Positions 52,901 through 59,705 of a stretch of DNA of 59,705 nt are shown piece by piece. The notes beneath the pieces were generated by a model, which made no database searches, had not been told where the DNA came from, and worked only from the letters and a program-made list of their open reading frames with translations. The stretch comes from Burkholderiales bacterium (lineage in GTDB: Bacteria > Pseudomonadota > Gammaproteobacteria > Burkholderiales > SG8-39): assembly GCA_035476235.1 (NCBI GenBank), contig DATILQ010000266.1, positions 1-59,705 of the forward strand. Direction: 5' to 3'. Every line of letters begins with the position of its first letter. Position 1 is the first letter of the stretch. A program made the translations under genes and the position numbers.

Positions 52901-54693
52901 CAGTTGAAGTCGACGACGACGATGCGGTCGTTGAAGGGCTTCTTCAGCGTCGCATCGACCGCGGTGCTGACCGGCTGGCGCTCGAAGCTGCCGGCGGCAT
53001 TGCCGAATTCGAGGTAGTCGGCGAGAGTGCCGCTCGGGCGCGCAGTGCCGTTGATGCTGCGCCCGGTGAGAATCAGGATGGCGCGCTTGTTGTTGGCGGG
53101 AGTCAGGTTGCTGACGGTGACACAGCTCGTTCCGGGGTTGCAAGCCGGCGCAGTCGGAAGCGCAGCCGGCGTCGTCGTCTGTGCGGCGGCGTAATAGAGG
53201 ACGCGGTACCACTCGTTGCGCATGAACCAGCCGGTGACCGGGTCGGTGGAATTCAGCACGGGATGATCCGCCAGAAGCGCGATCGGCATGCTGATGTTCA
53301 TTTGATAGCACGTCAGCCCCAGGAGAGTGCAAAGCAGGCTGGAGATGAGGTTGCCGCCGCCGATCGGGATGCTGCCGCTCAATGTCACCCGCGCGGAGCC
53401 GTCCGCGGCCATCGGCGCGCTGACTACGCTCCTGCCGGCGGGATCTATGCCGGTCATGGCCACTGTCGTGTCGAATTTGCGCATCGCCATGCCGACGTTG
53501 TTCGCCGTCGCCGCCAGCGTGAAGCTCATCGACGTGCCCCCGCCGAGAAGGGGCACGTTAGCCGTGACGGTGCAGTCGACGCTCGCCGCGAGCACCGAGC
53601 AGCTCGGGGCAGGGGAACCCAGCGCGGCACCGCCGGTGCGGGTAAACACCGGGGCCGGTGGACTCACCCAGCGCACGAAGGTCGGATCGCACGGCGATCC
53701 CACGCTCGGCGTGCAGGGCGTGCTGGTGCCCGGGGCGTTCGAAAACATGACCGGCAGCAGGCCTTTACAGACGCCACCCGCGCACGAAGCGCTGCTCGCC
53801 TGATAGCTCGCGGTCAGCGACGGATCCGCGAACGGCGCGGCAAAGGGATAGACCGGATTGCCGGCCGAGACGTTTGCTCCCCAGATGTTCGTTGCGTAGA
53901 CGCCTTTCAAGAGCGGCACGATTTCGCGCTCCACGCGAGACGCAATCGCCGCCTCGATTGCCGGCATGACGTCTGCAACTGTGATGCGAACAACCTGGTC
54001 GTTGAACGACATCGTCGGCCCGGTCGTGGCGAACGTCGACGTGCCGGTATTGAAGCACTCGACGTAATCGCGCGCGTCGATGGCAGGAGACGGAGCGCTG
54101 CGCGCCTGGTTGCGGGCCGTGCAGCCCGCGCTCGCCAGCACGTTCATCGCCGCGCCCGGAGCAATGATCAGCGCTACCGCGGCATTCGCCTGGCCATCGA
54201 CGTTGAGCTGGCCGATGGTGTTCGAGTTGATGGTGAGGGTTGTCGTGCTCGTCACCAGCTGCCAGCCGGGAGATACCACATACCAAAGCGGCTCCGCCGA
54301 CGAGTCGACGAGTTTGTCGAGCCCCAGCGTGCGCCAAGGCAATCGACCGACTGTCGCGCAGGTCGGCGCGTTGGGCGGACCGACGTAGGGCGCCGAGATG
54401 CCTTCCGCACTGGTGCCGACCAAAGCCGCGCCTTCCGGGCAAGGAAAACGTCCCGGATTGTTCTCGCCGGACTGAGCCGCATTCATTGCCACGTAGCCGA
54501 TCAGTGCTTGTTTCGCCTGGTTGAGGACGAGGGCGTTGTGGTCGCGGTTGGACGCGGTGAAGATGCCGGCGCTCAACGCGCTGGTCCGCGAGATCAGGAA
54601 CCATGACGCGCCGAGTACCACCACGACGAGCAGCACGAGCAGCGCAGCGCCGCGTTGCAGCCGCCGCGCGCGGATGCATTTAGGGCCGGCCAC
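52900..54693 (-). CDS. Large (597 aa) PilX_N-like pilus-associated protein
   Basis: GTG start. The N-terminus RRLQRGAALLVLLVVVVLG resembles the PilX N-terminal anchor. Contains a GRFPCP motif and is Cys-rich with a Thr/Ser/Ala-rich body. Confidence 0.65.
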   Translation of the reverse strand: MAGPKCIRARRLQRGAALLVLLVVVVLGASWFLISRTSALSAGIFTASNRDHNALVLNQAKQALIGYVAMNAAQSGENNPGRFPCPEGAALVGTSAEGISAPYVGPPNAPTCATVGRLPWRTLGLDKLVDSSAEPLWYVVSPGWQLVTSTTTLTINSNTIGQLNVDGQANAAVALIIAPGAAMNVLASAGCTARNQARSAPSPAIDARDYVECFNTGTSTFATTGPTMSFNDQVVRITVADVMPAIEAAIASRVEREIVPLLKGVYATNIWGANVSAGNPVYPFAAPFADPSLTASYQASSASCAGGVCKGLLPVMFSNAPGTSTPCTPSVGSPCDPTFVRWVSPPAPVFTRTGGAALGSPAPSCSVLAASVDCTVTANVPLLGGGTSMSFTLAATANNVGMAMRKFDTTVAMTGIDPAGRSVVSAPMAADGSARVTLSGSIPIGGGNLISSLLCTLLGLTCYQMNISMPIALLADHPVLNSTDPVTGWFMRNEWYRVLYYAAAQTTTPAALPTAPACNPGTSCVTVSNLTPANNKRAILILTGRSINGTARPSGTLADYLEFGNAAGSFERQPVSTAVDATLKKPFNDRIVVVDFN

Positions 54694-55111
54694 GCCGCAC
54701 CTGGATATCGCCGTCGCCGATCACGTCACGCACTTCACCGGTGCCGCGGTCGAGCACTTCTCCCGGCTTCAGCCCGATGCGCGCCCCGCCGTCACCGACC
54801 GGCACGCGCACTCGCCCGCCGCTGCGGCCTGGGTCGCGCAGCGCCTCGGCCGAACCGTCCTGGAGCGATTCGCCGTTCACCCAGACCGTGGAGCGACCCT
54901 CGGAGCGCACGACATAGCCGTCGAGACGCGTGGTGGGAGAGGCCGCGACCGGGGAGGCGGCCGGCTTGTCCGGCACGCGCGCCTTGCGCCGGGCGTCGAG
55001 CGCGGCGCGCTGCTCCGGCGTGAAGAACAGACGGCCGAATTCCTGCGCGCCGGAGGCACCGGCCGCCGCCGCGAGCCATAGGCCGAGCAGGAAGACGAGC
55101 GCTGGCTTCAT
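54680..55111 (-). CDS. Small secreted pilus-assembly protein (MshK/PilP-like by position and pattern)
   Basis: The ATG at 55111 overlaps the upstream stop (ATGA). Signal peptide. RLDGYVVRSEGRSTVWVNGE resembles the conserved strand of MshK/PilP-like proteins. Confidence 0.5.
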   Translation of the reverse strand: MKPALVFLLGLWLAAAAGASGAQEFGRLFFTPEQRAALDARRKARVPDKPAASPVAASPTTRLDGYVVRSEGRSTVWVNGESLQDGSAEALRDPGRSGGRVRVPVGDGGARIGLKPGEVLDRGTGEVRDVIGDGDIQVRRGRP

Positions 55112-55716
55112 CGTTTGGCCGCCCGATCGATGATGGTGATCAGGTCGATCTCGCAATCGGCGCGCAGCCGCGGCACGATGGACGCGCCGGTCGCTGCCTG
55201 GCCGGTGCGCGTGATCAGGCATTGCTTCACCGAGTAATACGCATTGCCGGAGGCGCGCAGGTCGGCAAGGAAGCGCAGCAGGTCTTCCTCGTGCAGCAGA
55301 GCGAGCTCCACCTTCATGGTGCTGGCGTAGAAATCCACGTTGGCGGGCTTGCCCGGCGCCGAGATCAGCAGCTTCTGCCGGTCGACGCGGTAGCGCAGGT
55401 CGAGCAGCTCGCGCTGATTGCGGATGTGGGTAATGGCGTCGGCCCATTCCAGCCGGCGCTCCTCGCCCAGGATGTTGAGCTGCTTCAGTTGCTGATAGAC
55501 CTCGAGCTTCTCCTTGACCTCGCGCTCTTCCTCCGCGATGCGGGTCAGGCGCTCGGTGCTTTCCCGGCGGTCGGCCTCGGCCGCGGCAAGCCGCAGCTGG
55601 GCGCTGCGCACCGATTGCTGGGCGCCCCACACCAGGCCGGCGCCGGCGGCGACCAGCGCCAACGCGGCGAGGCCCGGCAGCAGCAGCTTCCTGAGCTCTT
55701 CGCGCGTCAGAGTCAC
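55108..55716 (-). CDS. PilO/MshJ-like bitopic pilus-assembly protein
   Basis: GTG start overlaps the upstream stop (GTGA). N-terminal TM, coiled coil (AEEEREVKEKLEVYQQLKQL), C-terminal globular domain. Assigned by topology and position. Confidence 0.5.
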   Translation of the reverse strand: MTLTREELRKLLLPGLAALALVAAGAGLVWGAQQSVRSAQLRLAAAEADRRESTERLTRIAEEEREVKEKLEVYQQLKQLNILGEERRLEWADAITHIRNQRELLDLRYRVDRQKLLISAPGKPANVDFYASTMKVELALLHEEDLLRFLADLRASGNAYYSVKQCLITRTGQAATGASIVPRLRADCEIDLITIIDRAAKR

Positions 55717-57272
55717 GGCAGCCTCCGCGCCAGCGTGACCGTGAAGCGCGGCGCCTCGCCGGACTCCGCGCTGCCGCCGCCGATGTCGCCGGTGAGCGTG
55801 CCCTCCGAGGTGATATCGAAGGGTAGCTGCGTGCGGACCAGCTCGTAGCCCGGCGCTGCGCCGAGCGCCGCGGCGAAGCGCTGCACCTGCGCCGTGATCG
55901 CGCGATAGTCGTTGCGCTGGGTGGCATTGACGCGGCCGGAAAGCTCCAGAGTCTCGGTGGCGTTGCTCTGCGCGGGTTTCGCGGCCGCAGCGTCGGGGGC
56001 CGCGCCGGCGGGTCGGTCACGCCGTGCCTCCGGGCGCCCCACGCCCCAGTTGAAGCTGTCGAGCTCGATCTGGGGAAACTGCTCGAGCACGCGCGAGACG
56101 TGCACGAAGGCCCGCTCGGGCGACGCGCTGCGCTCGGCGATGCGCCGAAACTCGACCACCGCGACCTTCAGGTTCTCCGTCGAGGTCTGGGTCACCGGAA
56201 AGCCCGCGGTGATGCGCTCGTATTGCGCGGCGGCGAGACGCGCGTCGCGCTGCTGGTCGGCGGCCCGATCGCGCACTTGCAGCGCGTCGACGAATTGCAC
56301 GCCGGCGTACAGCGCGCAGGCGGCGAAGCCGAGCGCGCCGGCAGCGACGATGCCGCGCTGCAGCTGCCATACCTGATAACGGCGCCGCTCGGCGCTGCTC
56401 GCGAACTGCTCACGCGGCGGCTTTTTCGCGGCGAGATGAAGATACAGCGCTTCGCCGAGCACCCGCTCGGGCGCACTGCGCACGCCGACGCTGCGCATCG
56501 CCTCGCCTTCGTCGACGGTGTGGAACACGAGCCGGGCGTCGGACGCCAGCACCTGCTCGAAGCTCGAGCGCTGCCCGCGCGGCGCGACCACGAATACCTG
56601 CACCGGCGGCCCCTCGCGGGGAAGCACGCGCAATGTGCCGAGGTACTGCGCGAGCCGCAGCATCTCGGAGCGCACGAACAGGGCGAGCGCCTGCGGCACC
56701 ATGTCCACGGTGCGCTCCAGGCGCGCGAACCGCAGCCGGCCTGCCTCGATGAAGCACTGCCGCAACCCCGCCCGGTTGACCGTGACGACGAAGGCGCGTC
56801 CGCCTTTCGCGCCCAGCTTGCGCGCCAGCGCCGGCGCGAGCAGCGGCACCGAGTAGACGCCGGTCAGCTTGGTGCCCGCTTCCTCCAGCGCATCCAGCCA
56901 GGGCGCAAGCTGCTGCGTGTTCGTGAACGAGGCGAGCAGCAGCCGTTCGTTGCGCCGCGTGCCCGCCACGTAGCCGAGCGACAGCGCCGCGGCGAGGCGG
57001 GTGTCGCGGTAGCGCTGCGCCAGCCGGCGCTGCAGCACGGCGTCGCGGTCGCCGCCGCGCAGGAACGGAATCTGGTCCTCGTGGAAGTCCTCGCCCGCGA
57101 CGTCGACCAGCACGCAGAACAGCTTGCCCTGCAGGCCGCGCAGGTGCTCGCGGAACGCCGTGACGCCGAGCTCGTCGCCGGAGAACTTCGCCTCCAGCTC
57201 GAGCCCGGCCCCGGCGCTGCGGTAGAGGTAATGGTCCTCGGCCGTGAAGTAGAGAATGCGTCGCGTGGCCAT
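55713..57272 (-). CDS. PilM-PilN fusion-like (MshI-like) pilus-assembly protein
   Basis: 519 aa: a cytoplasmic N-terminal domain of about 320 aa, a single TM (IVAAGALGFAACALYAGVQFV), then a coiled-coil periplasmic part. Lies immediately after the GspF-like gene. Confidence 0.5.
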   Translation of the reverse strand: MATRRILYFTAEDHYLYRSAGAGLELEAKFSGDELGVTAFREHLRGLQGKLFCVLVDVAGEDFHEDQIPFLRGGDRDAVLQRRLAQRYRDTRLAAALSLGYVAGTRRNERLLLASFTNTQQLAPWLDALEEAGTKLTGVYSVPLLAPALARKLGAKGGRAFVVTVNRAGLRQCFIEAGRLRFARLERTVDMVPQALALFVRSEMLRLAQYLGTLRVLPREGPPVQVFVVAPRGQRSSFEQVLASDARLVFHTVDEGEAMRSVGVRSAPERVLGEALYLHLAAKKPPREQFASSAERRRYQVWQLQRGIVAAGALGFAACALYAGVQFVDALQVRDRAADQQRDARLAAAQYERITAGFPVTQTSTENLKVAVVEFRRIAERSASPERAFVHVSRVLEQFPQIELDSFNWGVGRPEARRDRPAGAAPDAAAAKPAQSNATETLELSGRVNATQRNDYRAITAQVQRFAAALGAAPGYELVRTQLPFDITSEGTLTGDIGGGSAESGEAPRFTVTLARRLP

Positions 57273-57274
57273 GG

Positions 57275-58480
57275 CTAGAATTTCATCTTCGAGATCGTGT
57301 CGTACACCGGTCCGAGGACCGACAGCATCACCCAGCCGAGAATGGCGCCGAGCAGCAGCGTCAGGGCCGGCTCGATCATCGCCTGCACCTTGCCGATCGA
57401 TTCCTTCACTTCGCGGTTATAGAAATAACTGACGTTGAGCAGCGCGGTGTCGAGCGCCCCGGTGTTTTCGCCGATGCGCAGCATCCGGATCACGAGCGGC
57501 GGGAACACGCCGAGGTCCTGGAACGCCGCCGTCAGGTTCTTGCCTTCGGCGATCTGCTGGCCGGCCCGGTGCAAGGCGGCTTCCAGGGGCCGGTTGCCGA
57601 CGATTTCCTCGCAGCTGCGGATCGCGTCGAGGACCGTGATGCCCGAGGCGTACATCATGGCGAAGCTCGAGGCGAAACGCGACAGGATGATCTTTCTCAG
57701 GATCGGGCCGATCAGCGGCATCGTGATCTTGTAGTGATCCAGCGCGTATTCGATGGCCGGGTTCGTCCGCATTGCAAACTTGAGGCCGAACCAGGCGGCG
57801 AACGGCGCGGCGACGACGGCCCACCAGTAGTTCACGAAAAAGTCGGACACCGCCATCAGGATGCGCGTCTGCAGCGGGATGTCCTGCCCCATGTTGCGGA
57901 TGAACCCGGTCATCTGCGGCACGAGGTAGATCATGAGAAAGAAGGTGACGAGCAGCACGATGCCGCCGACGAACGCCGGATAGAGCATCAGCTTCTTGGT
58001 CTGCGCCGCCAGCTCGTCCTCCCACTTCAGCGACTCGGAGAGGCTTCTGAGCACCTCGGGCAGCTTGCCGGTCTGCTCGCCCGATCGCACCAGGCTCACG
58101 AACACCTTGCTGTACACCTCCGGGTACTCGGCGAGCGCTTGCGACAGGTTGCGGCCGCCTTCGATCGATTCGATCATCCCGGACACCACCTCCCGGAAGC
58201 GCGGGTTCTCGACGCTCTCGCGCAGGTCGGCCAGCCCCTCCATGACCGGCACCCCGGCGCCGGCGAGCTGCTCGAGGTGAAAGCAGAAGTTGATCAGGTC
58301 CCGGCGCGTGACCTTGCCGCCGCCGATGAGCCGGGAGCGCGTGCTGGAGGGAGCGCCGAGCACCAGATCGAGCTCCATGCGGGCGAGGCGCTGCTCGAGA
58401 TCGAACAGGTTCACCGCCTCCACCCGGCCCACCACGCTCTTGCCCCGGGCGTCTATGGCCTTGTAGGTGAAGAGGGGCAA
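57275..58480 (-). CDS. GspF/PilC-family platform protein
   Basis: TTG start with GGAGG RBS. FTYKAIDARGK N-terminus, duplicated T2SSF domains and three TM segments. Confidence 0.9.
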   Translation of the reverse strand: MPLFTYKAIDARGKSVVGRVEAVNLFDLEQRLARMELDLVLGAPSSTRSRLIGGGKVTRRDLINFCFHLEQLAGAGVPVMEGLADLRESVENPRFREVVSGMIESIEGGRNLSQALAEYPEVYSKVFVSLVRSGEQTGKLPEVLRSLSESLKWEDELAAQTKKLMLYPAFVGGIVLLVTFFLMIYLVPQMTGFIRNMGQDIPLQTRILMAVSDFFVNYWWAVVAAPFAAWFGLKFAMRTNPAIEYALDHYKITMPLIGPILRKIILSRFASSFAMMYASGITVLDAIRSCEEIVGNRPLEAALHRAGQQIAEGKNLTAAFQDLGVFPPLVIRMLRIGENTGALDTALLNVSYFYNREVKESIGKVQAMIEPALTLLLGAILGWVMLSVLGPVYDTISKMKF

Positions 58481-58496
58481 TGGGCCTCCGGGCGGC

Positions 58497-59705
58497 TCAG
58501 GCCATGCGGTCGGTCAGGTCGACCACGCGCATCAGCTCGTCCAGGCTGGTGGCTCCCTGGCGGACCAGGCGCGCGCCGTCGTCGGCGAGGGTCTTGAACC
58601 CCTGAGCGCGCGCCGCAGCGAGGATCTCCCGCGCGGTGGCGCGGCGCGCCACCATCTCGTCGAGCGCGCCGTCGACCTTGAGGATCTCGAGGATCGCCTG
58701 CCGCCCGCGGAACCCCTGGTAGTCGCAATGCTCGCAACCGACTGCGCGGTAGAGCGCTGCGGACTCGGTGGGCGTCACGCCGAGCAGCCGGCGCTCCCTC
58801 GCGTCGGGGTCATAGGATTGCCGGCAGGTGCGGCACAGTCTCCTCACCAGGCGCTGCGCCAGGATGCCGATGATGTTGCCGGCCAGGATGTCGGGCACGA
58901 TGCCGATGTCGAGCAGCCGCGGGAAGGCGCCCACCGCGGAGTTGGTGTGCAAGGTCGTGTACACCTGATGGCCGGTCATCGCGGCGCGGAACGCCATCTC
59001 GGCGGTGTCCTGGTCGCGAACCTCGCCGACCAGGATGGCGTCGGGGTCCTGGCGCATCATGGCGCGGATGCCGTTCGCAAAATCGAGCTTCGCCGCCTCC
59101 GACACCGAGGTCTGCCGGATGAGGGTCATCGGGTACTCGACCGGGTCCTCCAGCGTCATGATGTTGATGCCGTCGGAGTTGATGTGGTTGAGGATCGAGT
59201 AGAGCGTCGTGGTCTTGCCGCTGCCGGTCGGGCCGGTGACCAGGATGATGCCCTCCGGCCGGGCGATCATGCGCTTGAGCAGCTCGAGCTGCTCCTCCTC
59301 CAGGCCGAGCTTGTCGAGCGGCACGATGCCCTTTTGCCGGTCGAGGATGCGCAGCACCAGGTTCTCGCCGTGGGTGGTCGGCAGGCTGGCGACGCGGAAG
59401 TCGACGACGCGGCCCGCCATCGTCGCCGAGATGCGCCCGTCCTGCGGCGCGCGGGTCTCGGCGATGTTCATTTTCGCCATCACCTTGATGCGCACGGCCA
59501 TCGCCGGCCAGTAGGTCTTGTGCAGCGAGCGGATCTGGCGCAGCACGCCGTCGATGCGGTAGCGGATGCGCAGGAAGTTCTGCTCGGGCTCGAAGTGGAT
59601 GTCCGAAGCGACGCGCTCGACGGCGTCGGCCAGCAGCGCCGAAATCAGGCGCACGACCGGCTGCGAATACTCGTCGCCGTCGACGATGGTGGTGTAGTCG
59701 ACCTC
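58497..59705 (-). CDS. GspE/PilB-family secretion ATPase; N-terminus outside the window
   Basis: The frame stays open to the window edge (EVDYTTIVDGDEYSQPVVRLISALL...). ASDIHFEP, Walker A GPTGSGKTTT, Asp box, Walker B, His box and a tetracysteine motif (CRTC...CEHC). Confidence 0.9.
   Translation of the reverse strand, partial: EVDYTTIVDGDEYSQPVVRLISALLADAVERVASDIHFEPEQNFLRIRYRIDGVLRQIRSLHKTYWPAMAVRIKVMAKMNIAETRAPQDGRISATMAGRVVDFRVASLPTTHGENLVLRILDRQKGIVPLDKLGLEEEQLELLKRMIARPEGIILVTGPTGSGKTTTLYSILNHINSDGINIMTLEDPVEYPMTLIRQTSVSEAAKLDFANGIRAMMRQDPDAILVGEVRDQDTAEMAFRAAMTGHQVYTTLHTNSAVGAFPRLLDIGIVPDILAGNIIGILAQRLVRRLCRTCRQSYDPDARERRLLGVTPTESAALYRAVGCEHCDYQGFRGRQAILEILKVDGALDEMVARRATAREILAAARAQGFKTLADDGARLVRQGATSLDELMRVVDLTDRMA

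Noticed and set aside
52891-54679. Several long ORFs (52891-54606 plus strand; 53765-54679 minus strand) overlapping the 597-aa PilX-like gene
   Set aside because: Arg-rich artefact frames. The chosen frame has a PilX_N-type anchor and is chained by start/stop overlaps to its neighbours.
1-59705. CRISPR arrays, rRNA genes, IS elements, integrases, phage genes, toxin-antitoxin pairs or known defence systems
   Set aside because: Reading the intergenic regions and the ORF translations turned up none. The only repeats found are the short regulatory-type repeats listed above.

Overview
Visibly GC-rich chromosomal segment of 59.7 kb (GC not computed) with about 75 tightly packed genes and one tRNA. 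I saw no rRNA, CRISPR array, transposase or integrase. The synteny kdsD-kdsC-lptC-lptA-lptB-rpoN-ptsN-hprK-rapZ, gmk-rpoZ-spoT, and a Bug/TctC-family binding protein suggest an hprK-carrying proteobacterium, most likely a beta-proteobacterium (inference). There are three zones. (i) 1-17.5 kb is accessory-like. It holds a molybdopterin oxidoreductase fragment, an MmyB-like regulator with two SDRs, DoxX, a diheme cytochrome c next to a heme-c/beta-propeller protein, a merR/merTP/GDCCVxC mercury locus with no merA, tag, an AraC regulator, SRPBCC proteins, a CadC-like/TPR regulator beside two unknown genes, and orphan solute-binding proteins. (ii) 18.6-48 kb is core housekeeping: spoT, rpoZ, gmk, yicC, rdgB, hemW, ogt, trmB, thiGS, tRNA-Gly(CCC), mutY, the LPS-transport/rpoN/PTS-Ntr locus and a CPA2 antiporter. 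Signalling modules interrupt it: a Ser/Thr kinase with a PP2C phosphatase, an HD-GYP protein, and a partner-switching set (STAS, MBL-fold hydrolase, CHASE2-PP2C, FecR, OmpA, RsbW-like kinase) with no sigma factor. (iii) 48-59.7 kb is a type IV filament locus. It has a pilin behind a clear sigma-54 promoter, a polytopic histidine kinase, an ATPase-less ABC-2-like permease with an unknown partner, and a GspE/GspF/PilMN-like/PilO-like/MshK-like/PilX-like/pseudopilin operon that runs off the window. The best candidates for something new are the sigma-less partner-switching module, the kinase/permease/unknown trio inside the pilus locus, and the heme-c propeller with its cytochrome c. All functional calls come from motif recognition by eye on the supplied translations. 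No database search was run.
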